Shown piece after piece: positions 17,073 to 25,891 of a stretch of DNA of 64,000 nucleotides (position 1 is its first letter; every line of letters starts with the position of its first letter). The DNA comes from a virus. Lineage: Duplodnaviria; Caudoviricetes. The translations under genes and the position numbers were made by a program. The notes under the pieces were generated by a model that did no database searches, was not told the DNA's origin, and saw only the letters and a list, made by a program, of their open reading frames with translations. Where the stretch lies: positions 1,865 to 65,864 of the IMG/VR virus record IMGVR_UViG_3300033067_002207. One strand, given 5' to 3'.

Positions 17073-17402
17073 ATGGACAACCCGGAAGTGACCAAGTTTT
17101 GCAACGAAGGCTTGCGTCCGTGTGCCACACTGCTTGGGGCGGCATATTACGCGACCAAACAGCTTGTCGAGAGTTACGATGCTGCTGGTATGGGCGACAA
17201 GCTCGGCAATGATCCCAGCTACTCAACCATCATTGAAGATGGCTCGGCCGCGGATGGTCGCCCGGCACTTTCCGTTGGCGGCGTCAAACTGACCATCGCC
17301 AACCTGCGGGCACTGATCACGCAGCTTGAAACGACGGACGCGGGCACCGGCCTGTCGCTCGTGCAGGGCATTCTCTCAATCTCCCCGCGTTATCAGAGCT
17401 AG
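17073..17402 (+). CDS. Hypothetical protein, probably virion-associated
   Basis: SD GAGGA; directly precedes the beta-helix gene. Confidence 0.65.
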   Translation: MDNPEVTKFCNEGLRPCATLLGAAYYATKQLVESYDAAGMGDKLGNDPSYSTIIEDGSAADGRPALSVGGVKLTIANLRALITQLETTDAGTGLSLVQGILSISPRYQS

Positions 17403-17408
17403 TTCGCC

Positions 17409-18845
17409 GTGGCATACACTGAATTCTATTGTGATGCTTCTACCGGCTCGAATATCAATGCGGGCGATGGTCAAAGCGTTGTCACGTCAACCAATGGCGG
17501 TTGGAACTCTGGCACGGGCGTATTCACAGCGGCAAGCGGCACCCCATTCAGTGGTGTGTCTGTTGGGCAATTCGCGTCGGTCTATACGGACGGAGCGACC
17601 ACAACCGGATTCGTTGGCCGCGTTACCGCTGTTGGCGGCGGCGGTTCGTCTCTCACGATTTCCACGACGGTCAAGATGGGCACGGCTCCAACCACGGCAG
17701 GGAGCGGCATCTCCTGCACAACTGGCGGCGTCTGGAAAGGGCCAAACGGAACGGAAGGCTGGCCACTCACAACAGATATCTCGGCACTGGTCAACACGTC
17801 AAACAATCCGCCGCGAGTCAACCTCAAGAACACGGCAACGTATTCAATCACCGCTGCGATGACGGTCGCCACGAACGGCAACCGAACATATCAGGGCTAT
17901 GCAACCACAGTCGGCGACGGCGGCAAGGCGATTATTGACGGTGGAACGAGTGGGGCAAGCTACCAACTGCTGACGGTGACAGCGGTATTCACGAGCTTCA
18001 TCGACCTAATTTTTCAGAACAACGGAGCGACCGGTTCGGCCAGTGGTGTCGGGGCAACCGTGAGTCGCGTGAAGTTTGTTCGCTGCGTTGTCCACGACGT
18101 TCGCGGCAACGGTTTTGATTTCACGTCCAACGCCACAGACACACAACAAATCGAGTGCGAAGCGTACTTATGCAACGCTTCCAATACCGCAGGAAAAGCC
18201 GGTTTTGGTACTGCGGGATTCCTGATGAACTGCATCTCGCATGACAACGCGGGTAGCAACACGGCGGGCTTCATTACAAACCTGATGTCGAACTTCGTCA
18301 ACTGCATTGCGGACAGTAACGGCGGCAGGGGATTTTCCATAACGTCGGCAGCTAACTGCTCCATCGCAAATTGCGATTCGTACAACAACGCAGGTGATGG
18401 TTTTGCTTTGATTACAAACGATGTTGAAGCATCCATCTTCAACTCAAATGCAGTGAAAAACGGCGGATATGGTTTCAATTTCGCTGGTACGCGAAAGACG
18501 GGCTACCTCTGGAATTGTGCGGTTGGTGCCGGTACGCAAGCCAACACTAGCGGCGGGGTGAACGATGGGGCTGGAAACAATGCCCATCTCTCCAACGTCG
18601 GCCAAGTGACCTATGCCAACGACGCAACACCGTGGAATGATCCAGCCAGCGGTGATTTCCGTATTACGCTGGCCGCAGCGAAGAACGCCGGCCGTGGAGC
18701 GTTCACGCAGACGCAGGCGAGCTACACCGGCACAGTCGAGTATCCAGACATCGGGGCGGCTCAACACATTGACAGCGGTAGCGGTGGTGTCCCCGCAATG
18801 GTGCCGCTCGTGTACGAAGGCCAAGAAGGGATGCTGGCGATCTAA
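17409..18845 (+). CDS. Right-handed parallel beta-helix (pectin lyase-like) spike/fibre protein
   Basis: Repeating NC.a.dN...GF pattern (NCISHDN, NCIADSNGGRGF, NCDSYNNAGDGF); Asn/Gly/Thr-rich; visibly lower GC. Confidence 0.8.
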   Translation: MAYTEFYCDASTGSNINAGDGQSVVTSTNGGWNSGTGVFTAASGTPFSGVSVGQFASVYTDGATTTGFVGRVTAVGGGGSSLTISTTVKMGTAPTTAGSGISCTTGGVWKGPNGTEGWPLTTDISALVNTSNNPPRVNLKNTATYSITAAMTVATNGNRTYQGYATTVGDGGKAIIDGGTSGASYQLLTVTAVFTSFIDLIFQNNGATGSASGVGATVSRVKFVRCVVHDVRGNGFDFTSNATDTQQIECEAYLCNASNTAGKAGFGTAGFLMNCISHDNAGSNTAGFITNLMSNFVNCIADSNGGRGFSITSAANCSIANCDSYNNAGDGFALITNDVEASIFNSNAVKNGGYGFNFAGTRKTGYLWNCAVGAGTQANTSGGVNDGAGNNAHLSNVGQVTYANDATPWNDPASGDFRITLAAAKNAGRGAFTQTQASYTGTVEYPDIGAAQHIDSGSGGVPAMVPLVYEGQEGMLAI

Positions 18846-20248
18846 TGGCGAACTCACTTTCCCACGCTGCTCTGCCGTACCCGATCCGCAAGGCCCGGTT
18901 TTCCATCGAGGCTGCGTTCGTGACGTCTGCCGGCGTGCTGACCGATCCGACCACGCCGGACACCGAACTCTCGACGGACGGCGGGGCGTCGTTCACCGAC
19001 GCCGCCGAGGAGATCACCACGGGCGGCGGCAACGGGGTCGGATATCTGACGCTGACCGGGGCCGAAATGGACAACCCGGCCATCGCAGTTGCGCTCAAGT
19101 CGGCGAACTGCGTCACTCGCGCGCGGGTACTGATCCCGCGGGCGCTGGCCCTGATCGGCTCCGGGACGCTGTCGGCCGGCTCCGCGGGCGGCGGCACGCT
19201 GGGCACGCTGTTGGCCTACGACGTGACTGGCTGTTTTCTCCGCACGACGGGTGGAACGGGCGGCGGGGGCACTGGCGGGGCAAACAACCAAGCCCGCAAA
19301 ATAGCCACATACAACACCTCGACCGGGGCGTTCACCGTCTCGCCGAATTGGGAAACGACTCCGGACAACACGACGACGTATGACGTGCTGCTGCCGGAAG
19401 GCGTCACGCTGGGTATGTTGCAGGCGATCAACCCGGCGACGCCCGGCCGCAAGCCAGTTGTCGACGCGAACGGGCTGATTGACGCGACCGCAGTGAAAGT
19501 CGGACCGAGCGGGTCGGCGACGGCTCAAACGGCCGGCGATTTGTCGTCGCAGCTTACAACGATCGCGGGATACGTGGACACCGAAGTCGCCGCGATCCTG
19601 GCGGCGGTTGATACCGAGGTCGCGGCGATCAAGGTGAAAACGGATTCGCTGACGTTCACGGTCGCCAACCAGGTCGATGTCAACGTAACCAACTGGAAGG
19701 GCAGCACGGCTCCGGCGATGACCGGGGACGCCTTCGCTCGCCTGGGTGCGCCTGCAGGCGCGAGCATTGCGGCGGATATCGCGGCTCTTAATAACCTGAG
19801 CCAATCAGACATTCGCACCGCCCTGGGGATGGCATCCGCCAACCTCGACACGCAGCTTGCCGCGATCGCTGGATACATCGACACTGAAGTGGCGGCGATT
19901 CTGGCCGCGGTCGATACCGAGGTTGCGGCGATCAAGGTGAAAACGGACCAGATGGTCTTCACGAACGCGGGCCGGGTCGACGCTTCACTGCAGGCTGCGG
20001 CCGATGTGGTCACGGCCGTGTGCAACAAGCTGGCGGATCACGTTCGCCGTCGTACGCAGGCCAACGTCGAGGCGTCTGCCTTTGGCGATGCCCTAGACAA
20101 GAGCAGTCTCTACGGTATGATCCAGCAATTGCAGAATTCGACGATGCTGGCCGGCACGTTGACGGTCAAGAAAACAGACGGAACCACACTGGGGACGCTG
20201 ACGTTCACGTCGGACGCCGCGGCAGACCCTGTCACAGGAGTATCGTGA
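18845..20248 (+). CDS. Fibre-like structural protein with coiled-coil repeats
   Basis: Gly/Thr-rich beta region, then two copies of QL.AIAGY.DTEVAAILAAVDTEVAAIKVKTD. Confidence 0.7.
   Translation: MANSLSHAALPYPIRKARFSIEAAFVTSAGVLTDPTTPDTELSTDGGASFTDAAEEITTGGGNGVGYLTLTGAEMDNPAIAVALKSANCVTRARVLIPRALALIGSGTLSAGSAGGGTLGTLLAYDVTGCFLRTTGGTGGGGTGGANNQARKIATYNTSTGAFTVSPNWETTPDNTTTYDVLLPEGVTLGMLQAINPATPGRKPVVDANGLIDATAVKVGPSGSATAQTAGDLSSQLTTIAGYVDTEVAAILAAVDTEVAAIKVKTDSLTFTVANQVDVNVTNWKGSTAPAMTGDAFARLGAPAGASIAADIAALNNLSQSDIRTALGMASANLDTQLAAIAGYIDTEVAAILAAVDTEVAAIKVKTDQMVFTNAGRVDASLQAAADVVTAVCNKLADHVRRRTQANVEASAFGDALDKSSLYGMIQQLQNSTMLAGTLTVKKTDGTTLGTLTFTSDAAADPVTGVS
19550..19948 (+). repeat. Internal ~96-bp direct repeat (19550-19645 and 19853-19948)
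   Basis: Copies are 303 bp apart; each holds two 11-residue DTEVAAI units, with synonymous differences between copies. Confidence 0.85.
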
Positions 20249-20475
20249 TGTCGCTGGATGACCTGAAGAAACAGCGTGGCGAAACGGACGCGAAGTTAGT
20301 GGAAGTCATGTCCGGCATCCAGGAGCGGACGGCCAAGGCCCGCGAATTGAATGCCCTGAACTACAAGGCGATCGACCTGAGCCGCGATCTCCGCGGCAAG
20401 CTGGCGGAAATGGACGCGGCGATCGCCGCCGAGGAGTCGCGGATCGCCGCCGAGGCCGCGTCGAAGACTGAATAA
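20248..20475 (+). CDS. Small coiled-coil protein (possible fibre chaperone)
   Basis: SD CAGGAG; start overlaps the upstream stop; heptad-like composition. Confidence 0.6.
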   Translation: MSLDDLKKQRGETDAKLVEVMSGIQERTAKARELNALNYKAIDLSRDLRGKLAEMDAAIAAEESRIAAEAASKTE

Positions 20476-20684
20476 TGAACGGGTTTTACGACTACCTGCG
20501 GATGGGGCTGGGCTGGTGGAATTCACCAACCGCCCCTGCCCCTGTAGACGGATCGATCCTGGTAGCGGCGGTGGATAGCGTGCCGGCCATCACGATGGCG
20601 GATTACACCGTGCCGACGATCGTGCTGGATGACTTCTCGATCGATTCAGCCGGAATCGATGTTGGCATGGTGGAGATGGTATGA
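20475..20684 (+). CDS. Hypothetical protein
   Basis: TAATG coupling upstream and ATGA coupling downstream. Confidence 0.6.
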   Translation: MNGFYDYLRMGLGWWNSPTAPAPVDGSILVAAVDSVPAITMADYTVPTIVLDDFSIDSAGIDVGMVEMV

Positions 20685-20830
20685 TCCCGGTCAAGCTGAC
20701 AGCCGCACTAAACGCCGGTCGCCGGGGATCGCTGATTCCGGTGTTTTGCCGAAAATGTGGTAAGCAGATCAAACAAACCAAAGGCGGTCCTTGCCTGCGC
20801 GAGGTCTGCGGGGGGTGCATGAAGAAATGA
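20681..20830 (+). CDS. 49-aa zinc-ribbon protein (not in the ORF track)
   Basis: MIPVKLTAALNAGRRGSLIPVFCRKCGKQIKQTKGGPCLREVCGGCMKK; ATGA overlaps at both ends. Confidence 0.65.
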   Translation: MIPVKLTAALNAGRRGSLIPVFCRKCGKQIKQTKGGPCLREVCGGCMKK

Positions 20831-21633
20831 CGCTCGGACGCCGCAACCCCATCTATATCGGCAACGACAATGTGTTCCGCACACGCGGGATCAAGAATTC
20901 GTTGACGAATGAGTTCATCAACGACGCCACCGTCGAACTGACGCTGAACGACCTGGACGGGAACGAGATCAGCGGACAAACCTGGCCGCTGACGCTGACC
21001 TACATCGCCGGCACGAACGGCGAATACCAGGGAACGATCGACGACGCGATCGACGTCGAAGACGGCCAGACCGGCGAGGCGGTGCTGGAGATCTCCGGGG
21101 ACAGCCTCACGGCGACCCTGACGCTGGCGGTGGTGTTCAGCGAACGGTCGGACCCGTCGCTGGCGTGGACATCCCGCAGCGAGATCGAACTGATGTTCGG
21201 CCGCGAAAGCGTGTCGCAGTGGGCTGACCTGGACAGCACGCAGGACGCGGACCTGATCAGCGAACGCATCCAGTGGGCCGTGGATCACGCCACGGACGAC
21301 GCCCGCACACGGCTGACCGGGAGCCCCGTCAACCTGTCGAAGCTGACCGACGCCCCGCTGAAGCTGCGTCTGGAGACGACCCGGCTGGCCGGCGTCATCC
21401 TGTACGAATCGCGGGGCGTGGTAGACACGTCCGACGAGGAAGGCCGGCACCGGCTCAAATATCACCAGGACCGCGCGAACCAGTTCTTTCAGCGGGTGCG
21501 GGCCGGGCTGATCCGGTTGACCCCGCAAACGACCAACGCCCCTGGAGTGATCACCGACACCGACACTTCGACCACCTGCACCGACGATGATTATTTCCTG
21601 GTGGGCACCAAAGAATGTCCGTGGAACATCTGA
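20827..21633 (+). CDS. Fusion of an Ig/BppU-like beta domain to a Mu gp36 (DUF1320)-like head-tail adaptor
   Basis: All-beta N-half (IYIGNDN...ATVELTL...GEYQGTI); C-half WTSRSEIELMFG...IQWAVDHATDDARTRL. Confidence 0.7.
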   Translation: MTLGRRNPIYIGNDNVFRTRGIKNSLTNEFINDATVELTLNDLDGNEISGQTWPLTLTYIAGTNGEYQGTIDDAIDVEDGQTGEAVLEISGDSLTATLTLAVVFSERSDPSLAWTSRSEIELMFGRESVSQWADLDSTQDADLISERIQWAVDHATDDARTRLTGSPVNLSKLTDAPLKLRLETTRLAGVILYESRGVVDTSDEEGRHRLKYHQDRANQFFQRVRAGLIRLTPQTTNAPGVITDTDTSTTCTDDDYFLVGTKECPWNI

Positions 21634-22478
21634 TCGCCGCCCGGCCCGGCCCGCTTGATCTGAACCGCGAATTGCGGGCGATCGACCGGGCCGCGGACCG
21701 ACGCATCGCTCTGATCGGAAGGCGGCTCGAGCAAATGGCATCGAGCCAGATCCTGGCCGGCCGCGCACTGGACCTGTCGCCGATCGATCAAATGGTCGAC
21801 GACCTGGTCGTCGACGTGATGATCGCCTCGCACCTGAAAGCGATGGACCTGGTCCGTCCGACCTACGCCCTGGCCCGCAGCGAGATCGACAAGGCGCTAA
21901 GCCGGGCACCCAAGCACGTGCGCGATGCCCTGCGGGAGTTGTATGGATCGATCGCCCGATCGGTGTCGGACAAGCCGATGTCAAAAGTTCGTGAAGCGTT
22001 GATGCAAGACGCGCAGAACGTGGCCCTGGGTCGGTCCGCACGCCGGCAGTCAATTCGTGCGGCGCTGAAGTCAGCCGGCATCGCGATGGAAGACTCGCCG
22101 GTGTTGCGCACGGTGATGCGGACACAAGGGTCAATCGCTTTCAATGCCGCGGCGTGGAGCAGCAGCAAGAACCCGAACGTGTGGGGTTATCAATACATCA
22201 CCGCCGGCGACGAACGGGTGCGGCAGACGCACCGGGCGTTTGAGCCGCGGGGAATTGGAGTGCGGTATCCGGTTGACGACCCGTTCTGGCTCAGGTACGC
22301 CCCGCCAAACGGCTGGAACTGCCGTTGCGGCCTGAGGCCGATCTTCCGGGGCGACCGTGACGCCAGAAAACGCGAGTTTCCCGGCACGCCTGACGTGCCG
22401 GCGTCGTTCCAGTTCAATCCCGGCTTGATCTTTCAGGCACCGGAAAAAAGCAAAAAAAAGAAACGGAGCGCACGCTGA
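21615..22478 (+). CDS. Phage head morphogenesis protein (MuF/gp7 family)
   Basis: YQYITAGDERVRQTH...PPNGWNCRC motif. Confidence 0.92.
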   Translation: MSVEHLIAARPGPLDLNRELRAIDRAADRRIALIGRRLEQMASSQILAGRALDLSPIDQMVDDLVVDVMIASHLKAMDLVRPTYALARSEIDKALSRAPKHVRDALRELYGSIARSVSDKPMSKVREALMQDAQNVALGRSARRQSIRAALKSAGIAMEDSPVLRTVMRTQGSIAFNAAAWSSSKNPNVWGYQYITAGDERVRQTHRAFEPRGIGVRYPVDDPFWLRYAPPNGWNCRCGLRPIFRGDRDARKREFPGTPDVPASFQFNPGLIFQAPEKSKKKKRSAR

Positions 22479-22481
22479 CTC

Positions 22482-22511
22482 TTGACGGGATGTTTTTTGA
22501 TGGCATAGATT
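22482..22511 (+). promoter_or_regulatory. Sigma70-like promoter giving a leaderless protease/capsid transcript
   Basis: TTGACG-N18-TAGATT, then 7 nt to the ATG at 22519; no SD. Confidence 0.6.
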
Positions 22512-22518
22512 CGCCGCC

Positions 22519-23733
22519 ATGAACCTCGCGGTCAGCTATCTTCCGAAGAAACCTATCATCCTGTCCGGCAGCACGGCCTCGCCGTTCCAGTCGGTCGGGA
22601 ATGACCCTACGCTGTACCGGAAAGAGTTAATTTACCCATCGGACAAGTTCGCCAAGCGGAACCAGGACGACGGGTCGATCGACTTCACGCTGCCCGTGAC
22701 CGAGGCTACGTTGGATCACTGGGCCAGCCAGTTCGCCAAGATGAAGGCGGCGGGCGTGGAAGTGCCGCTGGTGGTCGAACACACCGAAGACCCGGAAGAG
22801 CGTCGCGGTACGGTGGTCGACATTCGCAAAGAATACAATCCGCAGCGCGGAATGCCGTCGCTGTTCATGTACGGCCGGTTTCGCGACCCCGAAGCCGCGG
22901 AACTAGCCAAGACGTCCCAGGTAAGCCTCTACGCCAAGCCGAAGTTTTACGACGGCGTCGGCAACGAGTACGAGTACCCGATCACGCACGTTGCGATGAC
23001 GGACTACCCGCTGATCCCGGCCCTGGGCGGATGGGAAATCGTGCCGGAAAAGGGGCAGTCGGCGGCGTCCAACAAAGTCATCGCCGCGTCCTTGGTGTTG
23101 TCAGATGCAGCCGAACCAACTCAGGACCAATCCATGAATCCAATGCAAGCACTCGCCCAGGAGATGGGCATCGCGTTCCCCCCGGGCGCGGATGACGAGA
23201 CGATCAAGTCGCTGATCATGCAGGCGTGGGACGCCGAAGCCCCGGCCGAAGAAGGGTTTGAAAGCCCCGAAGAGGAAGGTCTCGAAGACCCCATGATGAC
23301 GGACGAGATGGGTGGCGACGACATGCTGGGCGATGATGGCATGGGCGACGCGGACCCGTCGCTGGACGATCCGTCGCTGGAAGAAGACCCGCTGGTCGCC
23401 CCCGCTGGCGCATCCATCGCGGCTTCGCTGGGACCGGCGGTCAAGGCGACCGTCGATGCTCGCCGGATGCAGTTGGAAGCCCTGGTCGTCGCCCGCAAGA
23501 TCACGCCGGCCGAGCGGGACCATTACGTCAAGACCCTGGCCAATCCCGGCCGCGTCAAGTTCGCCCTGTCGTCGGGCGGCGTGGGCGACGGCTTTTCCGA
23601 TATCGTGGCCTCGCTGAACGCCCGCGGAGCCTCTTACCCGGCCGGGGAAAAGACCCCGGTCCAGCACGGCGACGGTGGCAGCGTGCCGGCGATCGTGCGG
23701 GACGCTGAGCGGCGTCGGAAGGCGAGCGGCTGA
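22519..23733 (+). CDS. Prohead protease/scaffold (Mu gpI-like)
   Basis: VPLVVEH, QVSLY and HVAMTDYP motifs; acidic linker; helical scaffold-like C-terminus; lies upstream of the decoration and capsid genes. Confidence 0.8.
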   Translation: MNLAVSYLPKKPIILSGSTASPFQSVGNDPTLYRKELIYPSDKFAKRNQDDGSIDFTLPVTEATLDHWASQFAKMKAAGVEVPLVVEHTEDPEERRGTVVDIRKEYNPQRGMPSLFMYGRFRDPEAAELAKTSQVSLYAKPKFYDGVGNEYEYPITHVAMTDYPLIPALGGWEIVPEKGQSAASNKVIAASLVLSDAAEPTQDQSMNPMQALAQEMGIAFPPGADDETIKSLIMQAWDAEAPAEEGFESPEEEGLEDPMMTDEMGGDDMLGDDGMGDADPSLDDPSLEEDPLVAPAGASIAASLGPAVKATVDARRMQLEALVVARKITPAERDHYVKTLANPGRVKFALSSGGVGDGFSDIVASLNARGASYPAGEKTPVQHGDGGSVPAIVRDAERRRKASG

Positions 23734-23805
23734 TCCTGGCCAGCGGTTGATCGATCACGTGTGTTTTGAATTTCCAATTTCAGATTTTCGAGTCGGGAGT
23801 GAATT

Positions 23806-24246
23806 ATGACGGTTCCTGTGAAGACTGAGCGAGCCAGGGTTTATGATTTCGTCAAGCGGTTCGACAGCAAGGAATATTGCTTCGACGCCGTGACGATCAA
23901 GAACACGGCTGGCGTCGCGCTCGATGCCGGGGCCATCCTGCCCGGCACCCCGCTGCTGTACAACACCGATCACTACGAACTGGTCGCGGCCGGCTCGGTG
24001 TCCGGCATGGACGCCTTTTTCGCGGACGATCAGCCGTCCGAGGAATTGGCCATCGCGGCGACCAGCACGAAGAAATATCAGATTCTCAAGCGCGGCCCGG
24101 CGATTGTGAATCTCGATCAAATCCCGGCCGACCTGTACACCGGGGCGGCGTTTAACCTGACCACCGTGGCAGACGCGATTGCGGCCTTCAATCCGCCGAT
24201 CGAGGTCTTCCGCGAACCGGAAACGTCGACCACGCAGACGACCTGA
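23806..24246 (+). CDS. Head decoration protein (lambda gpD-like)
   Basis: Position before the capsid gene; PGTPL...RGPAIVN pattern; Thr-rich C-terminus ETSTTQTT. Confidence 0.75.
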   Translation: MTVPVKTERARVYDFVKRFDSKEYCFDAVTIKNTAGVALDAGAILPGTPLLYNTDHYELVAAGSVSGMDAFFADDQPSEELAIAATSTKKYQILKRGPAIVNLDQIPADLYTGAAFNLTTVADAIAAFNPPIEVFREPETSTTQTT

Positions 24247-24284
24247 TTTTTCGCAAACCGCGTCGCTGTTGAAATTCCTGGAGC

Positions 24285-24311
24285 GCGGGCCAACTGGACG
24301 GCCCGCTTTTT
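24285..24311 (+). terminator. Intrinsic terminator-like hairpin between the decoration and capsid genes
   Basis: GCGGGCC-N8-GGCCCGC-TTTTT. Confidence 0.6.
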
Positions 24312-24338
24312 ACAAAGCAAATTCTGACGGAGAGAACC

Positions 24339-25400
24339 ATGTCTTTGGCCGACATTTTCAATGGCGACGCGTTCACGATGCACAATCTGACCGCGTCGAT
24401 CGACAAGCTGCCCTATGTGCCGGGCCGCGTCGAGGAACTGACGCTGTTCACCAACAAGCCGACCACGACCCGCACGGCGTACATCGAAGAACGCCAGGGG
24501 CAACTGGCGCTCCTGCCGGTGAAATCCCGCGGCGAGATGCCATCCAGCACCAGCGGCCAGAACCCCCGCAAGATGCGGCCGTTCGAGGTTCCGCACGTGC
24601 CGCAGCATCGGACCATCCTGGCCGAATCGCTGGAAGGCAAGCGGGCCTTCGGCAGTGAGACGGAGACCGAGGTCTACGCCACACTCGTCAACGACGAGTT
24701 GGCGGAAATGAAGGTCTGGCACGAAGTCACCCACGAATGGCACCGGCTCGGTGCCCTGAAGGGGATCGTGCTGGACGCCGACGCCTCGACCGTCGTCTAC
24801 AACTTTTTTACCGAATTCGGGCTGTCTCAAACGCAGCTTGATTTCAACAAATACGACGGCGGCACGTATGACGCCGCCGATCCGGCGATCCATTTTCGCA
24901 CGCTCTGCACGTCCTGGATTCGGTCGATCCGCGACGCTTTGGGTGCGACCCCGTTCAAGGGCGTCCACGCGTTGTGCGGGGACAACTATTTCGACGCCCT
25001 GATCGAACACGCCACGGTTCGCGGGGCGTACAAAAACTACACCGCGGCTCAGGAAGCCCTGGGCGGGCAGAAGGCTGGCGAAGGCCAGGTCTTCAGCTTC
25101 GGCGGCATCGACTTCGAAAACTACCGCGGCTCGATCGGAGACGTGGACTTCGTCGACACCGACGAAGCGGTGATCTTCCCCAAGGGGGCACCGAACGTCT
25201 TCCTCGAAATCCCGGCCCCGGCGACGTTTATCGAAACGATCAACACCCGCGGCCAGATGCTGTACGCCAAGCAGAAGGTGATGGACTGGGATTTGGGCGT
25301 CGAACTCTTCACGCAATCCAACGTGCTTTACATCTGCACGCGGCCCGGCTGCTTGATCAAGAGCCTGCTCACCAACACCGCCCCTGGCACCGGTTCGTAA
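24339..25400 (+). CDS. Major capsid protein (lambda gpE / Phage_cap_E-like)
   Basis: MSLADIFNGDAFT...LTASID.LPYVP; T.EWHRLGALKGIVLDAD; ELFTQSNVLYICTRP; ends in PGTGS. Confidence 0.93.
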   Translation: MSLADIFNGDAFTMHNLTASIDKLPYVPGRVEELTLFTNKPTTTRTAYIEERQGQLALLPVKSRGEMPSSTSGQNPRKMRPFEVPHVPQHRTILAESLEGKRAFGSETETEVYATLVNDELAEMKVWHEVTHEWHRLGALKGIVLDADASTVVYNFFTEFGLSQTQLDFNKYDGGTYDAADPAIHFRTLCTSWIRSIRDALGATPFKGVHALCGDNYFDALIEHATVRGAYKNYTAAQEALGGQKAGEGQVFSFGGIDFENYRGSIGDVDFVDTDEAVIFPKGAPNVFLEIPAPATFIETINTRGQMLYAKQKVMDWDLGVELFTQSNVLYICTRPGCLIKSLLTNTAPGTGS

Positions 25401-25891
25401 TGTCGGGATTGAAGGCAACTTTCGGCGTTCGTCTCCGGGGCTTAAAATCCCTGCGGGACGGACGCCGTCAGTCTTCCGAGTTGCGTGCGGCAGCGGCGCT
25501 GATCAATCAGGATATCTCCGGGTTCATCTTCAAGCGGTATCAATTGTTTTCACGAGGCGGTGGGGACTGGCCCCCGCTGGCAGAATCCACCAAGCGGCGA
25601 AAGAAGTCTCGCCGCATCTTGTACGAAACAGGGGATTTTGAACGAGGGCTGAAGCAGGGGCTGGATCAGCGACTATCGTGGAACGGCTCCTGGTTGGTCC
25701 TGACCTATACGCTAAAGGCCAGGCGGCGACACAAGCCGTCGAAACTGACCATCCGGGAGTTGCAGGAAATTCACCAGCGCGGGCTGGGAAACAATTTGCC
25801 AAAGCGGGCGACGATGGTGCGACCGGATCGCACGACGATGGAAAAGGTGAAGCGGCGGCTTGTGGCGGCAATTAAAAAAAGAGCAAGATGA
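25400..25891 (+). CDS. Virion morphogenesis / tail completion protein (Mu gpG-like)
   Basis: TAATG coupling; GDWPPLAEST..RK...RILYETG; HQRG...NLPKR. Confidence 0.75.
   Translation: MSGLKATFGVRLRGLKSLRDGRRQSSELRAAAALINQDISGFIFKRYQLFSRGGGDWPPLAESTKRRKKSRRILYETGDFERGLKQGLDQRLSWNGSWLVLTYTLKARRRHKPSKLTIRELQEIHQRGLGNNLPKRATMVRPDRTTMEKVKRRLVAAIKKRAR

Noticed and set aside
17368-17396. CGCGTTATCAG as a sixth ECF-type promoter
   Set aside because: No GTGA(A/T)C at 16-17 nt spacing upstream; it lies inside a coding region.
19741-19790. GASIAAD in the fibre protein as another polyprotein-type cleavage site
   Set aside because: It lies in an Ala-rich coiled-coil stalk where such a match is likely by composition; not counted as evidence.
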